DNA from: Paramecium tetraurelia
Lineage: Eukaryota
Reading direction: 5' to 3'
DNA: 64,000 bases
Assembly (NCBI GenBank): GCA_000165425.1
Contig: CT868474.1
Coordinates: 186,001 to 250,000 of the forward strand
The first letter of the stretch is position 1. Every line of letters begins with the position of its first letter. A model generated the notes under the pieces. That model was not told where the DNA came from. It did no database searches and was given only the letters and a program-made list of their open reading frames with translations. Below are positions 26,680-38,935 of the stretch, piece by piece. Both the position numbers and the translations under genes were made by a program.

Positions 26680-29157
26680 ATGAAGATGGGCTTATTAATA
26701 GTAATGGCTTTATTCATTTGTATAAATGGAATTTAGCAGAGTAATGGAATACTTGATCTCTAAAATTTAAAAGCGCATTAACTATTTACAGAAGTAAACA
26801 AAAATGTTACATAATAAGAATGTGTAATTTGATTAAGAATTTGATGAAATTCCATAAGTGGTCGTATCTATAAAATAAATAATTGGAGATCAGTTTGAGC
26901 TTTACACCAGAGCAAGTAATATCAATTTGAGAGGTAAATATACAATTTTTTACTTAGGTAAGGATTTGATTTATAGATAATCAGCTCTTCCAATATTGCT
27001 AATATAAAAATCAATTATCTTGCAATTTACGATAACTCCTTGAGTGTTATTTGTGAGAATTACCAAACAAAAAAAGATGAAATTAAAGTTCCTTTTAATA
27101 TAGAACATTCATAAGTAGCAGCATTTATTACAGGATTGAAATTGTAACAAAATGAAAATGTTTACTTCAAATTAAATTCTATAAGCAATTCGTAAGCTGT
27201 TTTTCAGACTAAATAAAAGGCAATGGGTCTTTGCTTAGTTTTTGGTGACGAAGATAAAATTGCACATTAATAATCACTTATAACATCAACTTTGGATGAT
27301 AATAAGCTGGAGTTTAATGTTGAGAATATCGAAGATTCAATAATATTGTAATATTGATTCAATATTATGATTAGACCTTTAGATAATTAAATTCTATCTT
27401 TTGATGACATTGTAAATAAATTATCAATTGAATCAAAGGAAGAATAATCAATCTAAGTGTAAGATGAAGAAGAGAAATACCTCGATATTGATAGTATCTA
27501 AATAGAAACTTTGGGGATAAATACTATTTAATAGAATATTGAAGATGAAGTAATATAATCTGTTGATATTTAATTTTTGTAACCTGAAAAAAAGAGTGTA
27601 TAGGATGAATTGTTAAAAATTGAAGAAAACCATATAGAACGAGTTTAAGAAATAATAGGTAAGGCTGTGGATTAACAAATACAATTAGAAGAGTAGGAAG
27701 AAAAAAAGTTTTTAACATAAGTGAATTAAGCAAATGTGATTGATATGCAAAATATCCAAGACACAATTGAATAAGAAATTATTATATAAGAAGCATATGA
27801 ATTAGTTCCATAGACTGTAGATGATCTTGATATGGATGCATTATATAAAGAATTCACATTGAGTCAACAACTTAATGACGATTTGTTTGGATATAATAAA
27901 AATATAATTAACTAATAATAATAATAAGTTTAATAGTAAGTACAATAATAAGAATAGTAATAATAACAATAAGAAGAATAATAGTAATAAGAACAATAAG
28001 ATTATTAAAAATAGTAATAATAACAAGAATAATAGTAATAATAACAAGAATAATAGTAATAATAAGAAGATTAGTAATAATAATAATAATAAGATTAATA
28101 ATTATAATAACCTTTATAATAATAATAGGATACTCTTGAAATAATAGAATCTGTTGATGTTGTTGAAGATTAATTAGTAAATGAAGTATAATCTGAAATT
28201 ATTACTGATAAAACTGAAACAGAAGAATAAAAATAAAAACCAGTTTAAAAGCACCCATAAATTGATGTTCCGTTGTTTGATGAGGATTTGTAATTTGATG
28301 ACATTGATGTAGAATTAGATTATAAAAAAGAAGAAAAAGTGGAAGAATAAATATCTCCTGCTTAATATATAATTGATGTGTATAAATCCTTTGCAAATGA
28401 TGATGCAGATCAATAGAATTAAAAAGAGAATGAAGATCATCCATTTGTTGAGGTGAGTACAGAAACTTAAACAGAAGAAATGTAGGATGAAGTAGAGAAT
28501 GAATTAGACGGACTGAAAGACGGGCTTGAAGGGGTTGATTTCTCTTTATTTTTTGATGAATTTTCTAAACCCGATGAAATGAATGTTAGGAGACAAACAA
28601 AATAAAACTAGGAAGAATCATATAATAAATAAAATCAATAAAAATATGAAGAACCTAAATAATTCAAATAACCAAAGGAGAAGATAGAGGATGTGATGAA
28701 AGATCTGTAAATAACCACAGATATTACAACATCAGAGGATGAAAGAAAATTAATCACTTAACTGAAACAGAAATCAGCTGAATTGAAAAAGAAATTATAA
28801 GAATAATATGATGCTGTTCCTAAGTTGGAATAAGCAAAGAAATAAACTGAAGTTTCCATTCATCCAATCACTGATTAATGTAAAATATTATAATATTTAA
28901 TAGATCCAAAAATAGAATCTGACTCCAAGATAAATTATGAAGTTGAAAGCAAGTACGTTGAATGGTCAATGAGTTAAGAGTAGAGTATAAAGAAAATAGG
29001 GTTAGATCTGACTGAAGATGATCTGAGGAATCCAAGATTCTCGTTGTTATAAATGGATCAAAGGTCAGAATTAGATATTCAGAGATAAATTAATGAATTC
29101 TTGGGATTTGATGACTTATCATTTATTATGATTAAGTAAAATCTCAGGGGAAGATGA
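26680..29157 (+). CDS. secreted protein with H-type-lectin-like domain(s) and poly-Q/acidic tail
   Basis: Signal peptide MKMGLLIVMALFICING; VQFDQEFDEIPQVVVSI...ASNINLRGFDLQI; introns 26794-26818 and 26934-26962. Confidence 0.65.
27913..28128 (+). repeat. poly-glutamine coding repeat (TAA/TAG/CAA/GAA)
   Basis: 72 codons, 55 Gln by hand count; imperfect 21-nt unit GAATAATAGTAATAATAACAA. Confidence 0.9.
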
Positions 29158-29188
29158 CATATATTAAAAATAAAACATTTAATTATTT

Positions 29189-30864
29189 ATGAATGGAGTA
29201 TCGCTCTAGAACCATCTTAACAGAGAAAAGAAAATGACTATAAAAAGCTTTTATATCGTTGGAATGATTGGTTAGGGTACATTTCCTCCTTGATTAATTA
29301 ATAATAGGGGCATATTCCGAGGTTTTCGAGGCTGTTCATTTGAAGAGCAATAAAAAGGTGGCAATTAAGAAAGTATTCAAAGAATCGATCACACAATAAA
29401 ATAAACAAGCTGAAATCTATATTGAAAGGCATATGATGAAATAATATTCATTAAAGCATCCAAGTTAGTTATGATCTATGTGTTAGGTATGGTTGATTTT
29501 ATAGGGAGTTTTTAGGATAAATAGTTCTTATATTTTGTATGTGAGCATTGCCCTTTTGGAGATTTGGGAAATATAATATGGGATATTTATTAGGAATACA
29601 AAAGAGATAAATCTTAGGATGTCGAAAATCTTATTAAAATTTATATATATTAAATAGCCACAGCAATTATATATTTACATAAAGAAGGCATTGCTCATTT
29701 AGATATTAAACCAAAAAATATCATTATTGACAAAAGTTATAATCTTAGATTGACTGATTTTGCAACATGCTACTTTTTTGAAGAACATAGATAACCTCCT
29801 GAATTGATTGAGCAAATAAAAAAATTTTAACAAAATTATATAAAATCGGTTAAAAGGATTGAAAATGAAATTAGTGAATATAGATCTACTTTTGTAGGAA
29901 CTCCTGAATACATCTCTCCAGAGATGCTCAGTCATAGCTTAGCCTCTAAAGAAGCTGATTTATGGGCACTTGGATGCATTATTTATGAAGTAAAGCAAAT
30001 TCTTATTTTAGTTTTATCATGGAAAATAACCCTTTTCCAATAAAAGTGAGAATGAAGTATTTAATAGCATTTTGTCTCTAAATTACTAACTCGATGACAG
30101 TTTACCAGAGGATGTTTCTGATCTAATTAGATCATTGTTGACATTGGATCCAGAAAACCGTTTAGGCTATGAAGATTCTGAGCAAATTCTTGACCACAAA
30201 TATTTTGATAACATTCGAAATTTTGTACTATGGTAGGACGAGATTGAAATTCCTAGTCAATGCAAAATACTCTTTTAAGAAATTATTCCAAATTAAAGTA
30301 AATCAAGTTTAATTTATTAAACTACATCAACCAATGTAGAAATGAAATAATAATTGATTCGCAGAAGACAAGATCGATTAAAAACAATTATGGAAGAATT
30401 AGAAGAAACGGCAACTCCAATCCCTAACATTTTTAAAAGAACTCAAATGATTCCTTATAATACCAATGCTCCTATAATATTTGAAAAATAAATTACTTAC
30501 TCATCAAAAAGTCTTGATAATGAATAGCAATTTACTTCAAGTTTAAAGTAGTTTGATAAGTCAGTTGGATTTATTCAATTAAATACCAATAGGTGGTTCT
30601 GTATCCCTTAAATTGCTATTTTGTTTGGGTACTTAAAACCTCCCTGTCTATTGATTGATTTTATTAAAGGAGAAAAGAAATATCTTCCTATTGATGATAC
30701 AATGAAGATATCTTAGGATGGTATTTACTATGTAATTTATTAAAATTTATATATAGATTCTGGAATCATCTCAGTTTTTCTATAAATTCAAAGATGCAGA
30801 AGCAAAACCCATCAATTGGATTTAAGTTGTTCAAAAAATAAAAAATGAATATCTGGGTAAATGA
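29189..30864 (+). CDS. PDK1-like AGC protein kinase
   Basis: GQGAYSEV, VAIKK, RSTFVGTPEYISPEML, ADLWALGCIIYE; possible C-terminal PH-like region. Confidence 0.85.
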
Positions 30865-30884
30865 TTATAATTAATTACAATAAA

Positions 30885-33800
30885 TCATTTCCCTGAAGAA
30901 TTTGAGTAATTAAAGAATTTTGCTTTTGGAGTATCATTGCTTGAATTCCAAAATTTAGGACTCCTTTCTACAGCATAATATTTTAATTTAGTCTATTATA
31001 AATCTTTCTCCATTGACTGGTACTTTAAGCTTCTTGAAGGCTAAGCCTAAATCAAATTCTGTATTTCCTATTTGCAATCCTTAAGTAATAATTATATTTT
31101 AAATACAATGACTTCTTATAATAATAATTGAACCGATTAGATGATCTTCTCACCATCCTCTAGTTTGTTTGATCTATTTTTTTCTAATCCCAATATCTAG
31201 TATAATTTGCACATTTGACTATTTAGCCTTTAATTCTCAAGTAATAGTTTTTGCTATTTATACAAATTTGGATATTACAGTGTCATAAATTAGCTTTGAA
31301 TGAGCATCGACGCCATAATAAGATTTAAATTACCCATCTGAGAGTCTAAACCTATGAGATGAGGATGGAGTTTCTCTCATCGACATATCCTACACAGTTT
31401 CAGAATATTTTGATCCTGGAATGTGTTGACTGCCAACTGATCCTCTCTTTGATTTCAATACTTCATCTTAAAGAATTTAAACTTTAAACAAAGCCTATTC
31501 CTTCTATTTACTTATTTGCTAATTCTCATACTCTCTTTCAGCCTACAATAAAGAATGCAATTACTAATATTGTATTATGTTCCTATTCAAGTCTTGAATA
31601 TTGATCTTTGATTTGCTTTATTTCATCTTCCTATTGCTAACAAAATTGATTTGCCTTCTCATGCACTTCCTTCAATGTCTACTCGCTTTGTAATAATGCC
31701 TGCTCCAATTATTCAATAATCTGATGTTATTATAATCATTTACTTTCATTTTCTATTCTAAACTCTATTTGAGTTTCCTATTTTCTTTAGCCAATTGATC
31801 TTATGAATTGAATGAAGCATTAAGCATTGAAGCACTATTTGAATTCTAAAATCCATATTCTCTCTAAGGTGTTTTCTGCTGGAAAATTCTTTTTTAAGTT
31901 TTGCTGTCCGAACTGCCATATAGAGTTTAACCCTTTAAATAATTGATATATATTACCTTAACTCCTTTGATTGGAGAGAGCGTATTGTCAATTTTGCTTA
32001 ACAATTCAGATGCTTCATAAATTTTTTATTTTTAGCTATGTTTCTTTTCAAAGTCAAGTTACTATGATAATTTTTTAGTTTATTATTTGTAATCTTCTAC
32101 TTGCTTTTCTTAAAATTCCAATTCTCTTCTTAATCTTTCAACTTCTCGCTTATAGGATTCGCTTTGAGCATCATTTATTTGTAATTGTTACTTTAAAGAA
32201 AACAACTCTTTTGATAGATTTGTCAATTAATTAGATTATTATAATATTTGGTTAGTTTAGCTTAACTTATTTTATTCGACCTAATTAATCAAAGTATTCT
32301 AAGCCTCTAATTACTGAGTTTTGTATTTTACTTAATCAGATAATTTGTAAATAGTTTCATCCTTCTTCAAGACTTCTTCCTTCTCATATTTCATATCTTG
32401 TTGAATTTCATCTAATTAATTATTTAATTATTAATTTTCTAACTTCAATTTTTCATAATTCTATCTAATTTGCATATTCTACTCTCTCTGCTCCTATTCA
32501 GACTTCTTTATTTCCATTTAAATCTTCCTGCTCTGTTCTAGCTCCTCCTATATTGCAATAATCTCTTAATTGAACTTAGACATTTCATTTTATTATTATT
32601 AGGCTAAAACCTTATTCTTTTGTTTAGTTTCCTATATTTCCTTTTTTGAATGCTACAAATCATCCTAGACACTCTACAACTGTGCTTATGCCTACTGATA
32701 CTTTTATTGAACTTCTTACTAGCTCTTCTGTAATTCACTTACTTTTCCTTGCAATATTTACTTCTATAGTTTTATCTCTTCCAACTCCAATATCCTATTC
32801 TCTTGTTATGAAATCGATTCAACTAATTTACTTTTTTCTTATTTGTGTTATTCTACTTCTTTTTTAAGAGATACTATCTATTATTATTGATTATCCAGCA
32901 ATTTATTTAACTTCTAATTCTCTTATTTAATCTAATCATTGTCGTTCTTTTGACTTTAATATTGTTAAGAAATTTATTAAGATAATGACACTTCCTTATT
33001 TAATTTATCCACTTCTTTTTTATAGTGAATAACCCAAATCTTTTACTCTTCTACTCCCTGATTACTGGATAGTAATTATTGTTACAACTCTTTAATTTGA
33101 TTTTTGAATTAATTTGACATAATTTCTTTTTCTTTTAAAGATGCTTGTAACTTTGATTCTAATTAAATGATGGATGTCTCCTTTTTCTAGATTTCCTCTT
33201 AATAATTAATCTTCTCCTTTTCCAAGTCTTTCATTCTTTTTTCCGTAGTTTTCATCTATTGAGAACTTTATTAATTCTGTTATTTATAAACTTTATTCTC
33301 CTCTTCCAATCTCATTTGTAGATTAGCAACTTCATTTTATTTAGATTATAAAATCTCATTGAGGGATTTCATCTTTTCATCATAAATTTGAGTTGATGTG
33401 TTCTCTTTAATTTTAATATCATTTAGTATTTATTATTACTTTTCCAATTGATGATTTAATGAATCTATAGTCCCTTTCAATTCAGAATTGCAATTGGAAT
33501 ACCTATCTATTACTTTTGATGCTTCTTTTAATCTATTACTATGATCATCAAGATCCTCAGTCAATTTCTTTATTTCAACATCTTTTTGTTTGATCATTTC
33601 AAAAAGGAGATTTTGTTAATTAATGAAATCCTCATTTTGAATTTACAATTCGCTTTCCTTTTACTCAATATCTGCTCTTAGCTGTTCAATTACCGATTCT
33701 TTCTCTGGAATAGCCTTGCTTTTCAGTTCTAAACAATTATCTTCAAACTCTTTCTATTTTTCGTTAACTTAAGCTAATTGTTCTTAAAATTCTTCTTCTT

Positions 33801-36775
33801 TTGTTATTATCTCTTAAACAGCTTGATTCAACTCTTCCTTCTTAATCAAAAGTTCTTACTCCTATTATTTCATAACAGCCTTGTTCTCTTCTATTTATTA
33901 TTCTAATTTAGTTTAATTTTCTTTTAGAAGCTAAAGATAAAATGAATAATACCTCAAATTCTTTATTTTTATTTACAAGTTACAATTACTTTTCTTATAA
34001 TTCTTTATTCAATTATTAGATTTAATTTTGTAATTAATTAATTTATGTTTGAATTACTGATTCTTATTAATTAACAAATTAATCCAGTTATCTTTTGTTT
34101 TCATCTTTCAATTCTTCAATCTACATTTGATGCTTCTTCACAATGGTTTATATTTGACTTTCATACTCATTTTAAATATTGGTGTTTTCAACTTTAGAAT
34201 TCTTAATAATAGTTTGAAGTTCATTTTAATAAACTAACTCTTATTACTCTTATTTTTGAATCAATTATTTAACCTAATTCAAAAGATCATCTATTTATTT
34301 GTTATTCTATAATTAAATATCTTATTTTTCTCTATTCAATAATAGATTCTATTCTTTGAGTTCATTATTTTCTTTTAATTGAGAATGAATTTAATTAATC
34401 AAGTTATTTTATTCTTGTATAGAATTTTGTAATTAACTTAGCAATGTTTCATTCTATTATTTCTATTACTACAATGAGTTGCTTAAGTCATCTTAATTTT
34501 GATTACTTTAAACTTACAAATTTTATTTCTCAGTTTTTAAAGTTTCGATTTGTAATTTCAATTAATCGTTCTCTAACTTACTTAAATGCACTGTATTTTA
34601 TAGGGAATCTTATTATAATTTTGCCTATTCTAATTCATTTTATTATGATAAGAGTTGTTAATTCAATTACTTAACTTCTTGGTTTGCTTCCCCTATTTAT
34701 TCATTTAAATGTTGGGCTTCTTGAATATGTATTTGATTTTGTTCTACAATTTATTGTATTTCTTATTCTTTTTGAAATAATTGTTGATTTAATTATTCTA
34801 CGGCTCTGCTCTTCAGTTCCAATTATTCATTTTATTAATCTAAAGTTAGATCTCTTTATTTATGATCAATGATTTTAATTTCATCTTCATCGTGAATTGT
34901 AATACCTATTTAATCAAGTGATTATTTGATTTTATCTTCCTTTTCTACAAATTTAGTTAATTTTTCATTAATCTTTTCTTTTTCACTTTGCAATTAAGTA
35001 AACTCTTCCACTGGTACATAAACTTAAGAGAATTATTGTTAAATTTATTTTTGTAATTTCTTTCTTTCATCTAAGGATTCCTATATTAATAAATAGAATG
35101 AATTACATTGACAGTTGTTACAATGGTATTGAGCATTGATACATTCTCATTTATTTATAATTTAGCTTTTTCAACATTTTTGGCTGATCCCTCTTTGATT
35201 CTAAGACTATCAGAGAATTTCTTCATCACTGCAGCTTGACTCAACAGGGCTTTGGAGAGTTCTTCTTGATAATCATTAGATAAATCTTCAGCTCCGTTAG
35301 CGTGTTTCAATCTGACGATTTATTCGTTTTACAATCGAATAATTAATTTTAGTTGTTGTTCCAATTAAGAACTTAATTAAAATGCTTCTCGTAATTCTTT
35401 GATTCCACTTAAGTACTTTTCAATTTCTACATAAAGGGCAGTCTCACTCTCAGTAGATTGTTCAAGATATACTTTGAGTATTTCTTCAAGCTTGATATAT
35501 CTTTAATCTTTAGCATTAAGATCTTCAAAATTGATATTATGCATGACTAATTTATGATGAGTATTTTACTAATGTTTTATTTCGAAGGAGATTCTGCTAA
35601 TTTAGAGGTAGTTTAGAGACCGACAATCCATTTGGCTAATTCTTATTTTAATCTTTTGATTTCATTTTTGAGACTCTCCAAAGATCCACTTTCATCTTCA
35701 TTAACTCTAGCCTTGTTCTTGACTTGTTTGACTCTTTTAGAGAATTGAAGCGTGGAGAATGTTTCCTAATAAAATAAATTGGATTATTGTATATTTGCAA
35801 TGAGATGAGTTCTGGAATTACCTCCAAGTGAATCTTTGAGTAAGAAGGTGAGTTTTGAATCACGATAATGAACATATCTATTTTATTCTTTGTCTTCCAC
35901 TAATGAATTGATAACATTGCCCAGTATGTGGAGACTCCTATTGATTTGACAACCTTCTCGAAGTCTCTCGCCTTAAACTTGGGTATGTTTCTGTCGTTCA
36001 CTACCAGCCAGATCCACAAAATGGAATCTAGAGAATCTGTGATTGATGAGTGAATGACTTTATCTTCTGGATTCCAATTAGACAGTGAAAACACTATGAG
36101 AACGGGAAGATTCGAAATTCATTTAAGTTGATGAGATATGTCTATTTTCATTGCCTCGTTGGACTACTTCCATAGCCTCTACAACATTGGAGCAACATTC
36201 TTCAGTCAGAAATTCAACGTATACTCCTTTGTTAAGATCCTCTCGCAGTTGCAAGTTACCCAAATCAGGATTAAGAAGATCAATGATGTGTTCATTATAA
36301 ATTTCGAGATGTGAGCACTTGATTAAGTATTCAACTGAGGGATCTTTTTCTTAGTCTTCAAAGACACACCGAAAGAGATAATCGATTATACGTGGTAATA
36401 GTCCTGGTTACTGAGATGTTCCTGTCATAGTGTAAGTTTTGCCTGACCCTGTCTAACCATATACAAACACACATCCGTTGTAGCCTAAAATTACAGTTAA
36501 TCATACCTTCTAAACAATTATTAGCTTATTGCTCTCCAATCATGAAAAAAATATCTTCCTATGTAGTGTCTGGTCCAGCCACATTATCAAAGGAGAAGAA
36601 TTTCTACTCTTACTGATTCTATCCCTCTAAGATGATGGTATTCTTCAGGTTTGGATCCAATCGTATGCACGTCTTTCCTTCTTCAAACATGGGTCTAGTT
36701 ACATGTCTTTTTAATGTACTTTATTCTTATTGAAACTTGTATGTTATCTTGTTCTTGTTGTTTTCTCTCTGTCAT
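30885..36775 (-). CDS. kinesin, kinesin-12 (KIF15)-like, with very long coiled-coil tail
   Basis: [61 protein letters not shown]. Confidence 0.9.
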
Positions 36776-36788
36776 TTTAATTAAATAA

Positions 36789-38885
36789 ATGCAATATTTA
36801 CTCAGAAATTTCATTCGCTTACCCCTCTACCACTATTCCTAATCCACTCCCTCTATTGCATCCACCCTTAAGAATCTCTCTCCCTCTTAGCTAACTCAAT
36901 TCAATCAACTCATATCAAATGAAGACGAGAAACAACTTAAATTAATTGCCTATTTAGTTCAAAAGCTAAAGCCAGGATTAGTACCATTTAAATAGGTATT
37001 GCTCCAATAAATCAGAAACAAATCAATTGAATCGAATTAGGATTTGGAATACGCAATCAAATTGATTCAAAAATTACAAAATCCAGAATTCTATCTCAAT
37101 GAATATATCAATACTATTCAAGAAAAGAGAATACATTCATGCCTTATTCAAATAAACTACAAATATCCTGGTCTTTGCTCAAATGAATAATTAATTAAAA
37201 TTAAATAGCAATTTCCAGAATGCACTCAAGAAATGGTCATCAAACTTACTTAACTTAAACAGTGTCAATCCAAACAACAAATATATTAGAAGATCCAAAC
37301 ATTCACACCCAGAGATATACCTGAATAGCATAATCAACCTGAACAATTAGAAAAACATAAATTTGTTACTCAAGGTAAGATTGTATTAAGATTTCCTCCT
37401 GAACCCAATGGATACCTCCATTTGGGACATGTTAGATCAATTAGATTGAACTTTCATTCTGCTGAATAATTAAATGGCCATTGCTATCTAAGATATGATG
37501 ATACCAATCCTGCTAATGAGAAGTAAATTTATATTGATGAAATTGAAGACAATGTAAAATGGTTTGGACATAAACCAACTCATATCACATATGCTTCAGA
37601 TTACTTCCCATTTATTTTTGATTGTGCACTCAAATTGATAAAAGAAAACAAAGTACATCTATGATATTTAAATTAGGCCTTCGTTTGCGAATAGAATAGA
37701 GAGGATATGAAGGAATACAGAAAAAACAAGTAGCCATCACCCTATAGGGATAGAGAAATAGATGAAAGTTTGCGTATTTTCAAAGAGATGCAGGAGGGGA
37801 AACATCCTGAAAGCAAATACACACTAAGATTAAAAATTGACTATCAACATGCCAATCCCACTCTTAGGGATCCAGTAATCTATCGAGTTTTGTATACTGA
37901 GCATCCCAAAAGTGGGGATAAATGGAAGGTGTATCCCATGTATGATTTTGCTCATTGCATTTGCGATTCAATAGAGAACATTACTCATTCCCTTTGTACC
38001 TTGGAATTTGAGATTCGAAGGGAACTTTATTATTGGATATTAACGAATCTGAATCTGTATAAGCCATTTGTGTATGAGTTTTCACGCTTAAACGTTTCCA
38101 ACAACATGCTGTCCAAACGAAAGATTGGGAAGATGATAGAAATGGGCATTGTTAAGGGGTGGGATGATCCCAGATTATTGACTTTGGCTGGACTGAAGAG
38201 AAGGGGTTACACTCCTTAGGCTATTAATGAGTTCATCGATCAAGTGAGTGTGCCAAGGGGAGGCAATGAATAAATCATCTCTATCAAACTGTTGGAGAAT
38301 TGTATAAGGAAGGAATTGGAAAAAACGGTTCCTAAGATCATGGCCATTCTGAATCCAATCTTGATTGATGTTGAAATTGATAATAATACAATAAAATAAG
38401 TTTACGTTTAATAAGATGATGTGAAGGTGGTTGGGAGTCCTGATTTCTATGGTTTAACACCAAATAAGTAGGTTTGCCTAAGGTTTTTTGGAGTAATCCT
38501 TTGTGAAAGTATCATTTCGGAGGATGAGAGGGTCAAACACATAAAAGTAAAATTAGTAACCACAGATTTGGATGAGAGGAAGAAATTAAAAGGGTAAATA
38601 AACTGGTTAGATAAAAATGATTGCATCAATGCAACTGTGAATGAGTATTCCTATCTGTTTGATACTGAGAATCCTGCTGACATTCCGGAATTCTGGAATA
38701 ATATTAATAAAAACTCATTGCGAATCTATGACGTCAAAGTTCCCAAGGCTTTAGAATACAGAATTGGAGATAGATTCTAATTTGAGCGTAACGGATTTTA
38801 TATAGTTGATTCCATTAAGGATGGGCATATCTATTTCAACAAGATAGTTGGACTTGCAGAAGGAGAAAAGAAAAGTCTAAAGTGA
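36789..38885 (+). CDS. glutaminyl-tRNA synthetase, possibly mitochondrial
   Basis: [62 protein letters not shown]; one 24-nt intron. Confidence 0.95.
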
Positions 38886-38935
38886 AGAGTTTATACGTCG
38901 GAATAATAAAAATATATTGCTTATTTTATTTAATT

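Noticed and set aside
27841..28047. Poly-Leu minus-strand ORF resembling a membrane protein
   Set aside because: Antisense shadow of the TAA/TAG poly-Q tract
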